A stretch of 64,000 nucleotides of DNA from an uncultured Trueperaceae bacterium (GCA_963815215.1 CAWFFU010000011.1:192001-256000); one strand, 5' to 3'; positions 17,539 through 27,625 are shown, counted from the first letter of the stretch. The notes: generated by a model from the letters alone, not told the origin. A program made the numbers and translations.

Positions 17539-18798
17539 ATGCGTCGCACCCTGGGAATCCTCCTGCTCTTCGCCCTCATGGGCCAGACCGCCGCCCAGGT
17601 CACGTACCAGTTGGGAGGCGAGACCCGCACCACCTTCGGCGTCGCCATCGACGGCACGCTGCCGGTGGCGTCGGCCGGCCTGACCCTCCGCGTCAGCGGC
17701 GAAGTCGGCAGCGGAGTGCTGCCGGACGCCAGCTTCGAGGCCGAGCTCGTGGCCCGCTACGACGCCGCCACCGGCAGCGCCGACGTGCACCTCGGCAAGG
17801 CCTTCGCCACGGTCTACCTCGGCGACACCGACCTGATCGTGGGGCAGCAGATCGCCTTCTGGGGAACCACCGACGCCGTCAACCCCGAGGACGTCCTCAA
17901 CCCCCGCGACCTGACCTACCCGGTGGCCGACCCCTCCGAGCAGCGCATCCCCACGCCGATGATCCGCGCCGTCGTCCACGACCGGGCCGACGGGATCAAG
18001 CTCGACTTCGTGCTGGTGCCCGTGTTCCGCGCCTCCGAGCCACCCGCGACGCGCTGGCAACCTGCGGCCGCCGCCGGCGGTCCGCAACTCCCGGCGGGCG
18101 TCGTCATCGTGGGCCAGGCGTCAACCCTCGACCAGGTCCCGGCCGCGGAGCTCGGCAACGTCCAGTTCGGCGCCCGCGCCACGCTGGACCTCGGCGTCCT
18201 GAGCGGCGGCGAGGCCAGCCTGGCCTACGTCCACGGCATCCGCGCCACCCCCACCGTCAGCGCGCAGCTCGTGCCCACACAGACGCCGGGGCAGGTCCTG
18301 CTGCAACCGGTCCTGAGCTACGACCGCTACGATCTCGTGGGCGCCGATGCCTCCGTCGCCACCGACTGGGCGGTGTTCCGCAGCGAGGTCGCCTACACCT
18401 TCACCCACGACCCCGCCGGGACCGACCCCGCCATCGGCAACCCGGTCTTCCAGGCCGTCCTGGAGGTCGAGCACACCTTCGACAGCGGCGCCGTCGCCAC
18501 GCTCGAAGGCATCGTCGAGCACACCAACGCGGACCAGGGGCAGGACAACGCCGTCACCGCCGTCAGCGCGCTGGCGACCATCCACTACGAGGCCAGCGCG
18601 CGCCTGACCGCCGAGGCCGCCTGGTTGCACGACTTCAGCGACGGCAGCGGCATGCTCCGCCCGCGGATGACCTACACGTTCGCCGACGGCGTCCGTGGCG
18701 AGGCCGACCTCGCCGTGTTCTACGGTCGAGACGCCAGCCGCTACGGGGCCTGGCGGGACAACAGCCAGCTCAGGCTCAGCCTCGTCTACGCCTTCTGA
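17539..18798 (+). CDS. Outer-membrane beta-barrel protein (DUF1302-like)
   Basis: Signal peptide; GQQIAFWGTTDAVNPEDVLNPRD motif; C-terminal beta-signal LSLVYAF. Confidence 0.75.
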   Translation: MRRTLGILLLFALMGQTAAQVTYQLGGETRTTFGVAIDGTLPVASAGLTLRVSGEVGSGVLPDASFEAELVARYDAATGSADVHLGKAFATVYLGDTDLIVGQQIAFWGTTDAVNPEDVLNPRDLTYPVADPSEQRIPTPMIRAVVHDRADGIKLDFVLVPVFRASEPPATRWQPAAAAGGPQLPAGVVIVGQASTLDQVPAAELGNVQFGARATLDLGVLSGGEASLAYVHGIRATPTVSAQLVPTQTPGQVLLQPVLSYDRYDLVGADASVATDWAVFRSEVAYTFTHDPAGTDPAIGNPVFQAVLEVEHTFDSGAVATLEGIVEHTNADQGQDNAVTAVSALATIHYEASARLTAEAAWLHDFSDGSGMLRPRMTYTFADGVRGEADLAVFYGRDASRYGAWRDNSQLRLSLVYAF

Positions 18799-18834
18799 CG
18801 CGCTCCCCGGCCCCACAGCTCGCGCCGGAGGCCC

Positions 18835-19597
18835 TCACGGGGCGGACGGCGCGAGCTCCCGTAGCATCGTCACGGCCCGCTCCCGCTCGTAGCGATCCAC
18901 GGCCGTCGGCGTCGGCAACGTCAGGGCCTCATGGAGCTGCTCTACGGCGCGCGCCCGGTCGCCTGCGTCGCGCAACGCCGTCGCGTACTGCACCCGCAGG
19001 TTCACGCGGCGTGGAGCCAGGGACACGCCCTTGGCGACCAGCTCCAAGCGCTCCCTCGCGGCGCGCGCCGTAGAGCCAGCCGACACCGCGGTCGCTGACC
19101 CCGAGGTTCCACATGCCGAGGCCGACCAGGGCGTCGGGATCGTCCGGCGCCGCGGCCACCGCCCGCTTCAGCAGATCGCCGATCTCGCCCGCGGTGGAGA
19201 GGTTGTCGAGCGCGCTCGTGCGCAGCGCCATCTCACCCTTGGCCTGCGCCAGCGCCAGCAGCGCCTGCGGCGCATCGGGCAGCAGCGCCACGGCGCGGCG
19301 CCCCGCATCCTGCGCGCGACGCAACCAGATCAGGCGATCGGCGTCGGGAAGATCCCGATAGATGGCCTGCGCGATGGCGGCGTTGGCGGCCAGCGTCTGG
19401 GCAGCACCGTCGTCCTCGGCCGCCGCGAGCTGGTAGGACTCTTCGAACGATCCATTGTCGTACAGGGCGCGCGCTTCCTCGAGGCCGGCCCCCCGGACGG
19501 CGCCCGCCCCAGCGAGCAGGAGCAGCGCCGCAACGAGCGCCACCCCGGACAGCGGGTGTCGATCGGCGCGCCGCGGGCGCACGTTACGACACATCAT
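18835..19597 (-). pseudogene. Exported TPR-repeat protein, frameshifted
   Basis: ORFs 18929-19597 and 18835-19086 join (GWLYGARREGA|LELVAKGVSLAP) if one base is removed near 19047-19050. Confidence 0.7.
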
Positions 19598-19748
19598 GGC
19601 TCATATTACTCCGCCCTCCCCCACCACCCGTGTCCCCGGACGGAACAGCGCTCCGGCGCCCGGCCAGGCGCCCAGCCGGAGGGCGAGCCCGGCTGCGCGC
19701 GCCCGCCGAAGGGCGACCCTGCGGAGCCCTCCCGGCTCCCGCGCACGA

Positions 19749-19777
19749 TATAATGACCACATGGCTAGAATGGTCAT
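19749..19777 (+). promoter_or_regulatory. -10 box and TetR-type palindromic operator
   Basis: TATAAT at 19749-19754 overlapping ATGACCA-N11-TGGTCAT, upstream of tetR. Confidence 0.6.
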
Positions 19778-19807
19778 AACGTCATTCCGTTCGAAGAGGC
19801 GCTGAAC

Positions 19808-20418
19808 GTGCCCCGCATCTTCTCCGAGGCCGACCGCCGGGCCCTCCGGCAGGCGCTCATCGACGAGGGGCGCGTCAGCTTCCTTCGTTTCGGGCTGCGC
19901 AAGACGGGCGTGGAGCAGCTCGCCCGGGCAGTGGGCATCGCCAAGGGCACCTTCTACAGCTTCTTCGAGTCCAAGGAGGACCTGTGCGCCGCGATCTTCG
20001 AGCAGGAGGAAGCGCAACGCCACGACGAGCTGGAGGCGATCCTGACGGCGACCGGCGACCCCAGCGAGATCCTGCGAGCCTTGCTGCAGCTGGGCCTGGA
20101 CTACGTCCGGGGCGACTCGCTGGTGACGGCGCTGCGGGAGAGCGGAGAGCTCGCGCAGGTTACCCGCGGGTCGAACCGCGAACGCTGGTCCGAGCACTTC
20201 CGCCACGACACGGACTTCGTGCGCAGCGTCCTGGAGGAGTGCGCCCGCCGGGGGGAAGCTGCGACCTCGACCCCGAGGTCGCGACCGGCGTGTTCCGCGC
20301 CGTCGTGACGCTCGGGTTCCACGAAGCGGAGATCGGACCGGACGTCTTCCCCGCCGCGATCGACCGGATCGTAGCCTGGGTCGCCCAGGGGATGACCGGA
20401 GCGGAGATGAGATCATGA
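19808..20418 (+). pseudogene. TetR/AcrR-family regulator, frameshifted
   Basis: GLRKTGVEQLARAVGIAKGTFYSFFESKEDL HTH; the natural C-terminus DLDPEVATGVF...AQGM is in another frame after ~20250-20262 (G6 run). Confidence 0.75.
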
Positions 20419-21380
20419 CCGGGGCAGCCGCCCGCACGAGGCGCGACGCCGGTGCGATCGAGTCGCCGGCGGCAGATAGCCCCGCCATCGCCACCCATGA
20501 CCTCGCCAAGCATTTCGGCCGCGTCTCTGCCGTGGAGGCGCTGTCGATGTCAGTCGCCCGCGGGGAGATCTACGGCTTCCTGGGCCGCAACGGCGCGGGC
20601 AAGACCACCACCATCCGGATGCTGGTCGGGCTCGTGCGTCCGACGCGCGGGAGCGTGTCGATCTTCGGACGCGACGTGGCCGGGCATCGCAGACGGGTCG
20701 CCGAAGACGTCGGCGTGCTGGTGGAGACCGCCACGTCCTACGGCAACCTCACGGTGCTCGAGAACCTGGAGATCCAGCGTCGCCTCACCAGAGCGCCGCG
20801 GCCGGCGGTCGACCGGGTGGTGGCGTTGCTCGACCTGGAGGAGCTCACCCACCGACGCGCCGATCGCCTGTCGCTGGGGAACAAGCAGCGTCTCGGCATC
20901 GCCCGCGCCATGCTCGCGCGCCCGAGACTCCTCGTCCTGGACGAGCCGGTCAGCGGGCTCGATCCGGTGGGCATCGTGGAGATCCGGCACCTGCTGAGAC
21001 GCCTCGCCGACGACGAGGGCGTGACCGTGTTCCTGTCGAGCCACAACCTCGGCGAGGTCGCGCAGCTCGTGGACCGGATCGGGATCATCCATCGCGGGCG
21101 CCTCGTCGAAGAGATCGACATGAGCGCGGCATCCGGCGAGGTCCGCATCGAGCTCGTCGTGTCGGACGCGGCCGCGGCGCGCGGGGCGCTCGCGTCGAGG
21201 TGGCCGCTCGTCGAGGTCCGCGAGCTGGCGCCGGACAGGCTCGAGGCGGCATGCGGCGACGTCGCGCCGTCGGCCGTGATCCGAACGCTGGTCGAAGCGG
21301 GGATCGAGGTCGGCGCGGCCTGTCCACTGCGCAACGGCCTCGAGACGCACTTCCTGCGCCTGACGGGAGGGGAGCCGTGA
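20415..21380 (+). CDS. ABC transporter ATP-binding protein (BcrA/lantibiotic-immunity-like)
   Basis: GRNGAGKTT, LSLGNKQRLGIA, LDEP and SSH motifs. Confidence 0.93.
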   Translation: MTGAAARTRRDAGAIESPAADSPAIATHDLAKHFGRVSAVEALSMSVARGEIYGFLGRNGAGKTTTIRMLVGLVRPTRGSVSIFGRDVAGHRRRVAEDVGVLVETATSYGNLTVLENLEIQRRLTRAPRPAVDRVVALLDLEELTHRRADRLSLGNKQRLGIARAMLARPRLLVLDEPVSGLDPVGIVEIRHLLRRLADDEGVTVFLSSHNLGEVAQLVDRIGIIHRGRLVEEIDMSAASGEVRIELVVSDAAAARGALASRWPLVEVRELAPDRLEAACGDVAPSAVIRTLVEAGIEVGAACPLRNGLETHFLRLTGGEP

Positions 21381-22156
21381 TGCTGCTGCAGGCGTTCTAC
21401 TGCGAGCTGCTCAAGCTCAAACGCGCACGGATCACCTGGATCGTGACCGCCGTCTACCTGTTCGCGCCGCTGATGCTGGGGCTCATGATGGCCGTGCTGA
21501 TGCACCCCGATCTCGGCCGCAGCATGGGGCTGCTCACCGCCAAGGCGCAGCTCACCATCGGCGTCGCCAACTGGACCACCTACCTCACCTTCACCGCCGC
21601 CCTGTTCGCGGGCGGCTTGATCGTCCTGGCGGTGGTCGAGGCGTTCGTGTTCGGGCGCGAGTACGCCGATGGCACGGCCAAGAACCTGCTGACGCTGCCG
21701 GTCGGCCGCGCGACCCTGGTCGCGGCCAAACTCGCCGTCTCGGCGGTCTGGTTCCTGTTCATGGCCGTCCTGGTGTACGCGGCCGCGCTGGCCGTCGGCT
21801 TCGCGATCGGCCTTCCCGGTTTCACGCCGGCCCTCCTCGCGCACAGCGTACGTACGGTCGCCAGGCTGATGCTGCAGGTGCTGCTCGCAGGCAGCGCCGG
21901 CGCCTGGCTCGCCGTCGCCGGCCGCGGCTACCTCGCTCCGATCGGCGTGACGGTCCTGCTACTGCTGATCGGGAACCTCTTCTCGCACACCGGCTGGGGC
22001 CCGTGGATCCCCTGGTCGATCCTTCTCATGAGCGCCGGAACGGTGCCCGGCGCGGCTCCCGTCGGCGTCGGCTCGACGCTGGTCCTCGCGCTCTTCTTCC
22101 TGGCCGCCGCGCTCGCTACCTACCTCGCCATGGATCGCTCGGATAACACGCAGTAG
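21380..22156 (+). CDS. ABC-2 type permease
   Basis: ELLKLKR start, FGREYADGTAKNLLTLPV motif, 6 TM helices. Confidence 0.88.
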   Translation: MLLQAFYCELLKLKRARITWIVTAVYLFAPLMLGLMMAVLMHPDLGRSMGLLTAKAQLTIGVANWTTYLTFTAALFAGGLIVLAVVEAFVFGREYADGTAKNLLTLPVGRATLVAAKLAVSAVWFLFMAVLVYAAALAVGFAIGLPGFTPALLAHSVRTVARLMLQVLLAGSAGAWLAVAGRGYLAPIGVTVLLLLIGNLFSHTGWGPWIPWSILLMSAGTVPGAAPVGVGSTLVLALFFLAAALATYLAMDRSDNTQ

Positions 22157-22180
22157 GCTCGCGTCCGGCGGCCGGACGGC

Positions 22181-22209
22181 GGCAGGGCGCGGCAGGGCGC
22201 GGCAGGGCG
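22181..22209. repeat. 10-bp tandem repeat, ~3 copies of GGCAGGGCGC
   Basis: GGCAGGGCGC GGCAGGGCGC GGCAGGGCG in intergenic DNA. Confidence 0.8.
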
Positions 22210-22325
22210 GGGCGCGGTCGCGGCGGAGGCCGCGTCCGGACGGCGGCCCCGGAACCCGATCCAAGGCCACGTCGGGGATCGCTGAACGCTTCGTTCCGCA
22301 CAAAAGGGTTACGCTTCAGGCAACG

Positions 22326-23786
22326 ATGACGCTCTCCAAGGTAATCCAAGGCGGTATGGGAGTCGCGGTGTCCGACTGGCGGTTGGCGCGTGCGGTCTCG
22401 TCGCTCGGGCAGCTCGGCGTAGTCTCAGCCACCGGCATCGACACGGTTCTGGTGCGGCGCCTCCAGGACGGCGATCCGGAAGGCGTCGTCCGCAGGGCGA
22501 TGGCGGCGTTCCCGTTCCAGGAGCTAGTGGCGTCCGTACTCCGTCACTACTTCCTGCCGGACGGCCGCGCGCCGGGCACCCGCTACAAGCTCGCCCCCAA
22601 GCCGACCGTCGCCGGCCGCCGCTCGTCGCTCCAGCAGGCGCTCAGCATGTTGGGCGCCTACGTCGAGGTCTTCCTCGCCAAGGAGGGGCATTCCGGCTCG
22701 GTCGGGGTGAACCTGCTCACCAAGATCCAGCTGCCGAACCTGGCATCGCTCTACGGGTCGATGCTGGCCGGCGTGAACTACGTCCTGATGGGCGCCGGCA
22801 TCCCGCGTGAGATCCCGGGCGCCCTGGACCGGCTAGCCCAGCACCTGACGGCGTCGCTCAAGCTCGATGTCACCGAGCTGCAGCAGGGCCCAGGGGCCGC
22901 CGCCGGAGCCTCCACCGCGGCCTCCACCTTCGACTTCGTGCCCGCGGACTTCGGGGGCGACGCGCTCGAGCCGTTGCGGCGACCGGACTTCCTCCCGATC
23001 GTCGCCTCCCACTCGCTGGCCGGAGTGCTGAAGAAGAAAGCCACCGGCTCCATCGAAGGCTTCGTGGTGGAGGGGCCCACGGCCGGAGGGCACAACGCCC
23101 CGCCGCGCGTGAAGAGCGTCTTCGACGATCGCGGGCAACCGGTCTACGGCGAGCGCGACATCGTCGATCTCGACAAGATGCGGGAGCTCGGGCTCCCCTT
23201 CTGGCTGGCCGGCGGCTACGGCTCGCCCGAAGGGCTCGAGGATGCGCTCGCGCACGGAGCGGCCGGCATCCAGGTGGGAACGCTGTTCGCGTACTGCCGA
23301 GAGTCCGGGATCGCCGCCGAGTTGAAGGAGCGGGTCCTCAAGCAGGTCGCCGGCGGCGGCGTCGACGTTCGCACCGACCCGCGCGCGTCTCCGACCGGCT
23401 TCCCGTTCAAGGTGGTGTCGCTGCCCGGCAGCGCCTCCCAGGAGGACGTCTACGACGCGAGGCGACGCGTGTGCGACCTCGGCTACCTGCGCGAGGCGTA
23501 CCGCATGGAAGACGGCAGCCTCGGTTACCGTTGCGCGGCCGAGCCCGTCGACGTCTACGTCCGGAAGGGCGGCGACGCCGCCGACACCGTCGGCCGGAAG
23601 TGCCTGTGTAACTCGCTCATGGCGAACGTGGGCCTGGGTCAGGAGCGCCTGGGGGGCCTCACGGAGGCGCCCCTGTTGACGAGCGGCGACGACTTCGCCT
23701 CGGTGGCACGTCTCATCGGCCCCGAGCGGTCCTCGTACACGGCCGCCGATGTGGTGGCGTACCTGCTCGGCGACCTCGAGGCGTAG
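22326..23786 (+). CDS. Nitronate monooxygenase family flavoprotein
   Basis: IQGGMGVAVS, EGPTAGGHN and AAGIQVGT motifs. Confidence 0.88.
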   Translation: MTLSKVIQGGMGVAVSDWRLARAVSSLGQLGVVSATGIDTVLVRRLQDGDPEGVVRRAMAAFPFQELVASVLRHYFLPDGRAPGTRYKLAPKPTVAGRRSSLQQALSMLGAYVEVFLAKEGHSGSVGVNLLTKIQLPNLASLYGSMLAGVNYVLMGAGIPREIPGALDRLAQHLTASLKLDVTELQQGPGAAAGASTAASTFDFVPADFGGDALEPLRRPDFLPIVASHSLAGVLKKKATGSIEGFVVEGPTAGGHNAPPRVKSVFDDRGQPVYGERDIVDLDKMRELGLPFWLAGGYGSPEGLEDALAHGAAGIQVGTLFAYCRESGIAAELKERVLKQVAGGGVDVRTDPRASPTGFPFKVVSLPGSASQEDVYDARRRVCDLGYLREAYRMEDGSLGYRCAAEPVDVYVRKGGDAADTVGRKCLCNSLMANVGLGQERLGGLTEAPLLTSGDDFASVARLIGPERSSYTAADVVAYLLGDLEA

Positions 23787-23868
23787 GCCGGGACGGCGGC
23801 CCGTCGGCGAGGGTCGGTCCGTGCCGGCACGCATCAGCCGGCAGGGGCCGTCAAGCGCCCTTGCCGCC

Positions 23869-25254
23869 TCACCGGAACTGCGGCGCGCGTCCGTAGCTCG
23901 ACACGTCCAGGCTGAAGGCCAGGCCCTGCCAGGCGGGATCGCCCTCGGCGAGCCATTCCCGGTTCTCGCCGGCGATGCGCCGGAACACGCGTAGCGCCGA
24001 GCGGTCGTCCAGCCCCGACGTGTCGATCCCGAGGTGCTCGGCGAACAGGGCCACGCGGAAGCCGCGAACGAGCTCCGGCGCCAGGACGGCCGCATTCAGC
24101 TCACCGTTGCCGAACAACGAGTAGCGGTGCAGGTTGGCAGAACCGATCGTCGCCCACGTGTCGTCCACCAGCATCAGCTTGGAGTGGACGTACACCGGTG
24201 CGCGGCGACCGTCGGCGGTCGGGCCGGCGATGCCGCAGAGCGTGAAGTTGGCGTGGCGACCTAGCTTCGAGCGCGCCTCGAAGAAGGCGCTGCGTTCCGG
24301 GGCGTCGTACGCGGTGGGGGCCGCGTCCGGCACCGCGGGCATCAGCAGCACGACGTCGATGCCGCGCACGAGCGCGTCATCCAGCGCCTCCACCATCTCG
24401 AGCACGTCCAGGTACTGGTTCTCCAGGTACAGCGTTCGACGGGCCGATCGGATCGCCCAACGGTACTGCTCGAAGATCGTTCGTTCGCCCGCCGCGACGT
24501 CGAACGCCCGTCCACCGACCGGCGCGCGTCCGTCCCGGTAGCGGCCGGGATGGGTGGTGCGCTGGATCTGGACGGTGGCCGTGCCCCGCTCCGCCGGGAC
24601 GGCGCAGGGAAACGGCAGCTCGGCTTCGCCGCTCTCGCCCCAACCGCCGCCGCTTGCCCGGCGCTCGCTCGCTTCGTTCCAGCGCTGCACGAAGTTGTGG
24701 TGCACGTCCGCCACCGCGGGCCCGCTCAGCTCGAGGTAGACGTCATGATGCTGGCCCTCCCCGACGTGTCCGGGAGCGACCAGGGCGTGCGGGTTGAGGT
24801 TGAGGCCGCCCACGAAGGCCACCTCCGCCGGGTCGCCGGCATCGATGAGCCAGCTCTTCTGGTGCTGGCAGAACCCCGGATGAGCGCGGTCCCAGCGCAC
24901 CCGCACCGGAGCCGGAAGGCCTTCGAGCAACGCGATGTGCTCGGGCGCGCCCCAGAACGCATTGCGGCGGTGTCTGGCCGTCTCGGTATCGGGGCGCCAG
25001 AACAGCAGGCGGACGTCCACCCCGCGCGCAGCCGCACGGCCCAGCACGCCCAGCGCGCTACCCCGCCCGCCCGGCATCACGAACTCGGGCCACATGAAGG
25101 TGATCGTCGCCCATACCCGATGCCGCGCCGCCTCGATCGCCTCGCACACTCGCTCGAAGGCGGGTTCGCCATCGATCAGCAGCCGTGCGGCGTTCCCTCC
25201 ACGGACCGGATACGGGCCAGTCGTAACGAAACGAGTTCGAGCCTCGTGGGACAT
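23869..25254 (-). CDS. Phospholipase D / cardiolipin synthase-like protein
   Basis: Two HKD motifs: HQKSWLID and HSKLMLVD...GSAN. Confidence 0.9.
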   Translation of the reverse strand: MSHEARTRFVTTGPYPVRGGNAARLLIDGEPAFERVCEAIEAARHRVWATITFMWPEFVMPGGRGSALGVLGRAAARGVDVRLLFWRPDTETARHRRNAFWGAPEHIALLEGLPAPVRVRWDRAHPGFCQHQKSWLIDAGDPAEVAFVGGLNLNPHALVAPGHVGEGQHHDVYLELSGPAVADVHHNFVQRWNEASERRASGGGWGESGEAELPFPCAVPAERGTATVQIQRTTHPGRYRDGRAPVGGRAFDVAAGERTIFEQYRWAIRSARRTLYLENQYLDVLEMVEALDDALVRGIDVVLLMPAVPDAAPTAYDAPERSAFFEARSKLGRHANFTLCGIAGPTADGRRAPVYVHSKLMLVDDTWATIGSANLHRYSLFGNGELNAAVLAPELVRGFRVALFAEHLGIDTSGLDDRSALRVFRRIAGENREWLAEGDPAWQGLAFSLDVSSYGRAPQFR

Positions 25255-25448
25255 CACGGCATGCTACAGGGAACACGAGCGACGTCCGTCCGGGGGGGCC
25301 GGGCCCAGATCCATCTCGCCCCAGAGGGGTCGGCGAGTGAGCTGGTACGTCGCTCTGTTACCTCACCCTGTGGGGCGTGACCCCATCCCCGTCTCTTGGT
25401 CCCTTCGTTGAGGTGGAGAAATCGGGGATGTTACCGACGGACAACGAA

Positions 25449-25486
25449 CTTGGGACAACTGACAGCTGACTGACAGTTGTCCCAAG
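25449..25486. promoter_or_regulatory. Long AT-richer inverted repeat (terminator or operator)
   Basis: CTTGGGACAACTG...CAGTTGTCCCAAG with 13-bp arms, between the pilC 3' end and the PLD gene. Confidence 0.5.
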
Positions 25487-25517
25487 AGACGGACATCTTG
25501 TTCTGGAACTCTCAGGC

Positions 25518-26747
25518 CTACTGGCTGAGCTGACCGATGATCGAGAACATCGGCAGGAACATCCCGGCCACGATGAAGCCGACGATGACACCGAGGAACA
25601 CGATGAGGGCCGGCTCGAGCGCCGCCGTCAGGCTGTCGACGGCCTCGTCGACCTCGCGCTCGTAGAACGACGCGATCTTCTGCAGCATGGTGTCCACGGC
25701 GCCGGTCTCCTCGCCGATGGAGACCATCGAGCTGACCAGCGGCGGGAACACCAGCGGGTACTTCGCGAGCGTCTGGCTGATCTGCTCACCGCGCTGCACC
25801 GCGTCCTTGGTCTCGTCCAGGATGTCCTCGACGATGATGTTGCCGGCCGTGCCCTTGGTGATCTCGATCGACTCGATGATGTTCACGCCCGAGTGCAGCA
25901 GCAGACCGAAGGTGTTGGAGAAGTTGGCGATGGCGGTCTTCTGGATCAGGGGGCCGAAGATCGGCATCTTCAACAGCAGGCGGTCGATGGTATGGCGCCC
26001 GTTGTCGGTGCGGTAGTACAGGTTGATGCCCACCACGATCGCCACGATGACGCCGATGAGGATGTACCAGTCGAAGCGAAGGAAGTTCGACACGCCGATC
26101 AGGATCTGGGTGATGGCCGGTAGCTTCCCGCCGAGCTGGCCCAGGATGCTGGCGAACTGCGGCACGATGCCGGTCAGCAGGAAGTAGGAGACGCCCAACG
26201 CGATGAAGAGCACCACCACGGGGTAGGTCAGCGCGGTGCGGATCTTGCCGCGCAGCTCGGCCTGTTTCTCCTGATAGCTGGCGATGCGCTCGAGGATGCC
26301 GTCGAGGTTGCCCGAGACCTCCCCGGCCCTCACCAGGTAGACGTAGAGGCTGTTGAACAGCCGGGGGAACTTGGCCAGCGAGTTCGACAGCGGCTGCCCG
26401 GTCTCGACGTCCTCACGCACGCGCCGGATCGCGTCCTTGAGGCCATCCTTGGGTGACTGGCGCTGCAGGATGGCCAGCGACTGCACCATCGGCAGGCCGG
26501 CGTTGATGACGGTAGCGAACTGGCGCGAGAAGATGGTGATGTCGCGGACGGTGGGCTTGCTGCCCAGGTCCAGCCACTTCGGTAGCTTGAGCTCGGCGTT
26601 CAGCCCGGCCTTCGGGGCCTTGATCTCGCTGATGAAGTAGCCCTTGTTGCGCAGAGCGGAGGCCACGTCTCGCTGCGACGCCGCCTCCATGGTGGCAGCG
26701 ATCACCTTGCCGGAGCGGTCGCGCGCCTTGTACTCGAATACGGGCAT
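25518..26747 (-). CDS. pilC: Type IV pilus assembly protein PilC (T2SS F family)
   Basis: MPVFEYKARD, FSRQFATVINAGL, GEVSGNLD, GEETGAVD and LEPALIV motifs. Confidence 0.93.
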   Translation of the reverse strand: MPVFEYKARDRSGKVIAATMEAASQRDVASALRNKGYFISEIKAPKAGLNAELKLPKWLDLGSKPTVRDITIFSRQFATVINAGLPMVQSLAILQRQSPKDGLKDAIRRVREDVETGQPLSNSLAKFPRLFNSLYVYLVRAGEVSGNLDGILERIASYQEKQAELRGKIRTALTYPVVVLFIALGVSYFLLTGIVPQFASILGQLGGKLPAITQILIGVSNFLRFDWYILIGVIVAIVVGINLYYRTDNGRHTIDRLLLKMPIFGPLIQKTAIANFSNTFGLLLHSGVNIIESIEITKGTAGNIIVEDILDETKDAVQRGEQISQTLAKYPLVFPPLVSSMVSIGEETGAVDTMLQKIASFYEREVDEAVDSLTAALEPALIVFLGVIVGFIVAGMFLPMFSIIGQLSQ

Positions 26748-26760
26748 CCTGTCTCCTTCG

Positions 26761-26790
26761 CGCACCATACGGGCGCGCACCATACGGGCG
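26761..26790. repeat. 15-bp tandem duplication in the pilC 5' UTR
   Basis: CGCACCATACGGGCG x2. Confidence 0.8.
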
Positions 26791-26919
26791 GGGCCCTACG
26801 GAGTCCTCCGCAGTCTACCGAAGGGCGCCTCGCAGATACTGGCGAATTGCTCACTTCGCGTCCCCGGCACGGTCTCCGGCCCTGCGACGCATCCCGTGCG
26901 GGACGCTATGATGGCCCCC

Positions 26920-27570
26920 ATGCCGCGCGAGAGCCAGGTCCGCAGACGCGAGCGCGCCGCCCGGGTCCTGGCCGGCCTGAGGGATCTCTATCCGGACGCC
27001 GCCACCGAGCTCGCCTTCCGCACCCCGTTCGAGCTGCTGGTCGCGACCGTGCTCTCGGCCCAGGCCACCGATGTCAGCGTGAACCGCGCCACGCCCGCGT
27101 TGTTCGCGCGGTTCCCGGACGCCGCCGCGCTGGCGCTGGCGGAGCCCGTCGAGGTCGAACCCTTCATCCAGACCATCGGGCTGTATCACTCCAAGGCGAA
27201 GAACCTGACGGCCGCCGCGCGGCTCCTGGTCGACCGCCACGGCGGCGCGGTCCCTGCCACCCGGGAAGCGCTCATGGCGCTCCCGGGCGTCGGCCGCAAG
27301 ACCGCCAACGTGGTCCTCGCCAACGCCTTCGGTCAACCCACCATCGCCGTGGATACGCACGTGGGGCGGCTGGCCCGCCGCCTGCGTTTCAGCCGCCACG
27401 ACGACCCTGACAGGGTCGAAGCCGACCTCGAGAAGCTGTTCGATCCGAACGACTGGGTGTTCGTGCACCACGGCCTCATCCTGCACGGCCGGCGTGTGTG
27501 CAAGGCGCGCAAACCGGCGTGCGAGCACTGCCCACTGTGCGTCGACTGCCCCGCGTGCGCTGTGCCCTAG
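26920..27570 (+). CDS. nth: Endonuclease III
   Basis: LSAQATD, HhH LPGVGRKTANVV, VDTHV and CKARKPACEHCPL..C [4Fe-4S] motifs. Confidence 0.95.
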   Translation: MPRESQVRRRERAARVLAGLRDLYPDAATELAFRTPFELLVATVLSAQATDVSVNRATPALFARFPDAAALALAEPVEVEPFIQTIGLYHSKAKNLTAAARLLVDRHGGAVPATREALMALPGVGRKTANVVLANAFGQPTIAVDTHVGRLARRLRFSRHDDPDRVEADLEKLFDPNDWVFVHHGLILHGRRVCKARKPACEHCPLCVDCPACAVP

Positions 27571-27625
27571 GCAGGTGTCGCAGACGGTCCGCGACCGCCG
27601 GAACGGGTCTGCTAGGGTAGTCGGC

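Noticed and set aside
26790..26880. Possible c-di-GMP riboswitch upstream of pilC
   Set aside because: The conserved GEMM features (GGCAAA-type start, GNRA loop/receptor pair) could not be matched by eye
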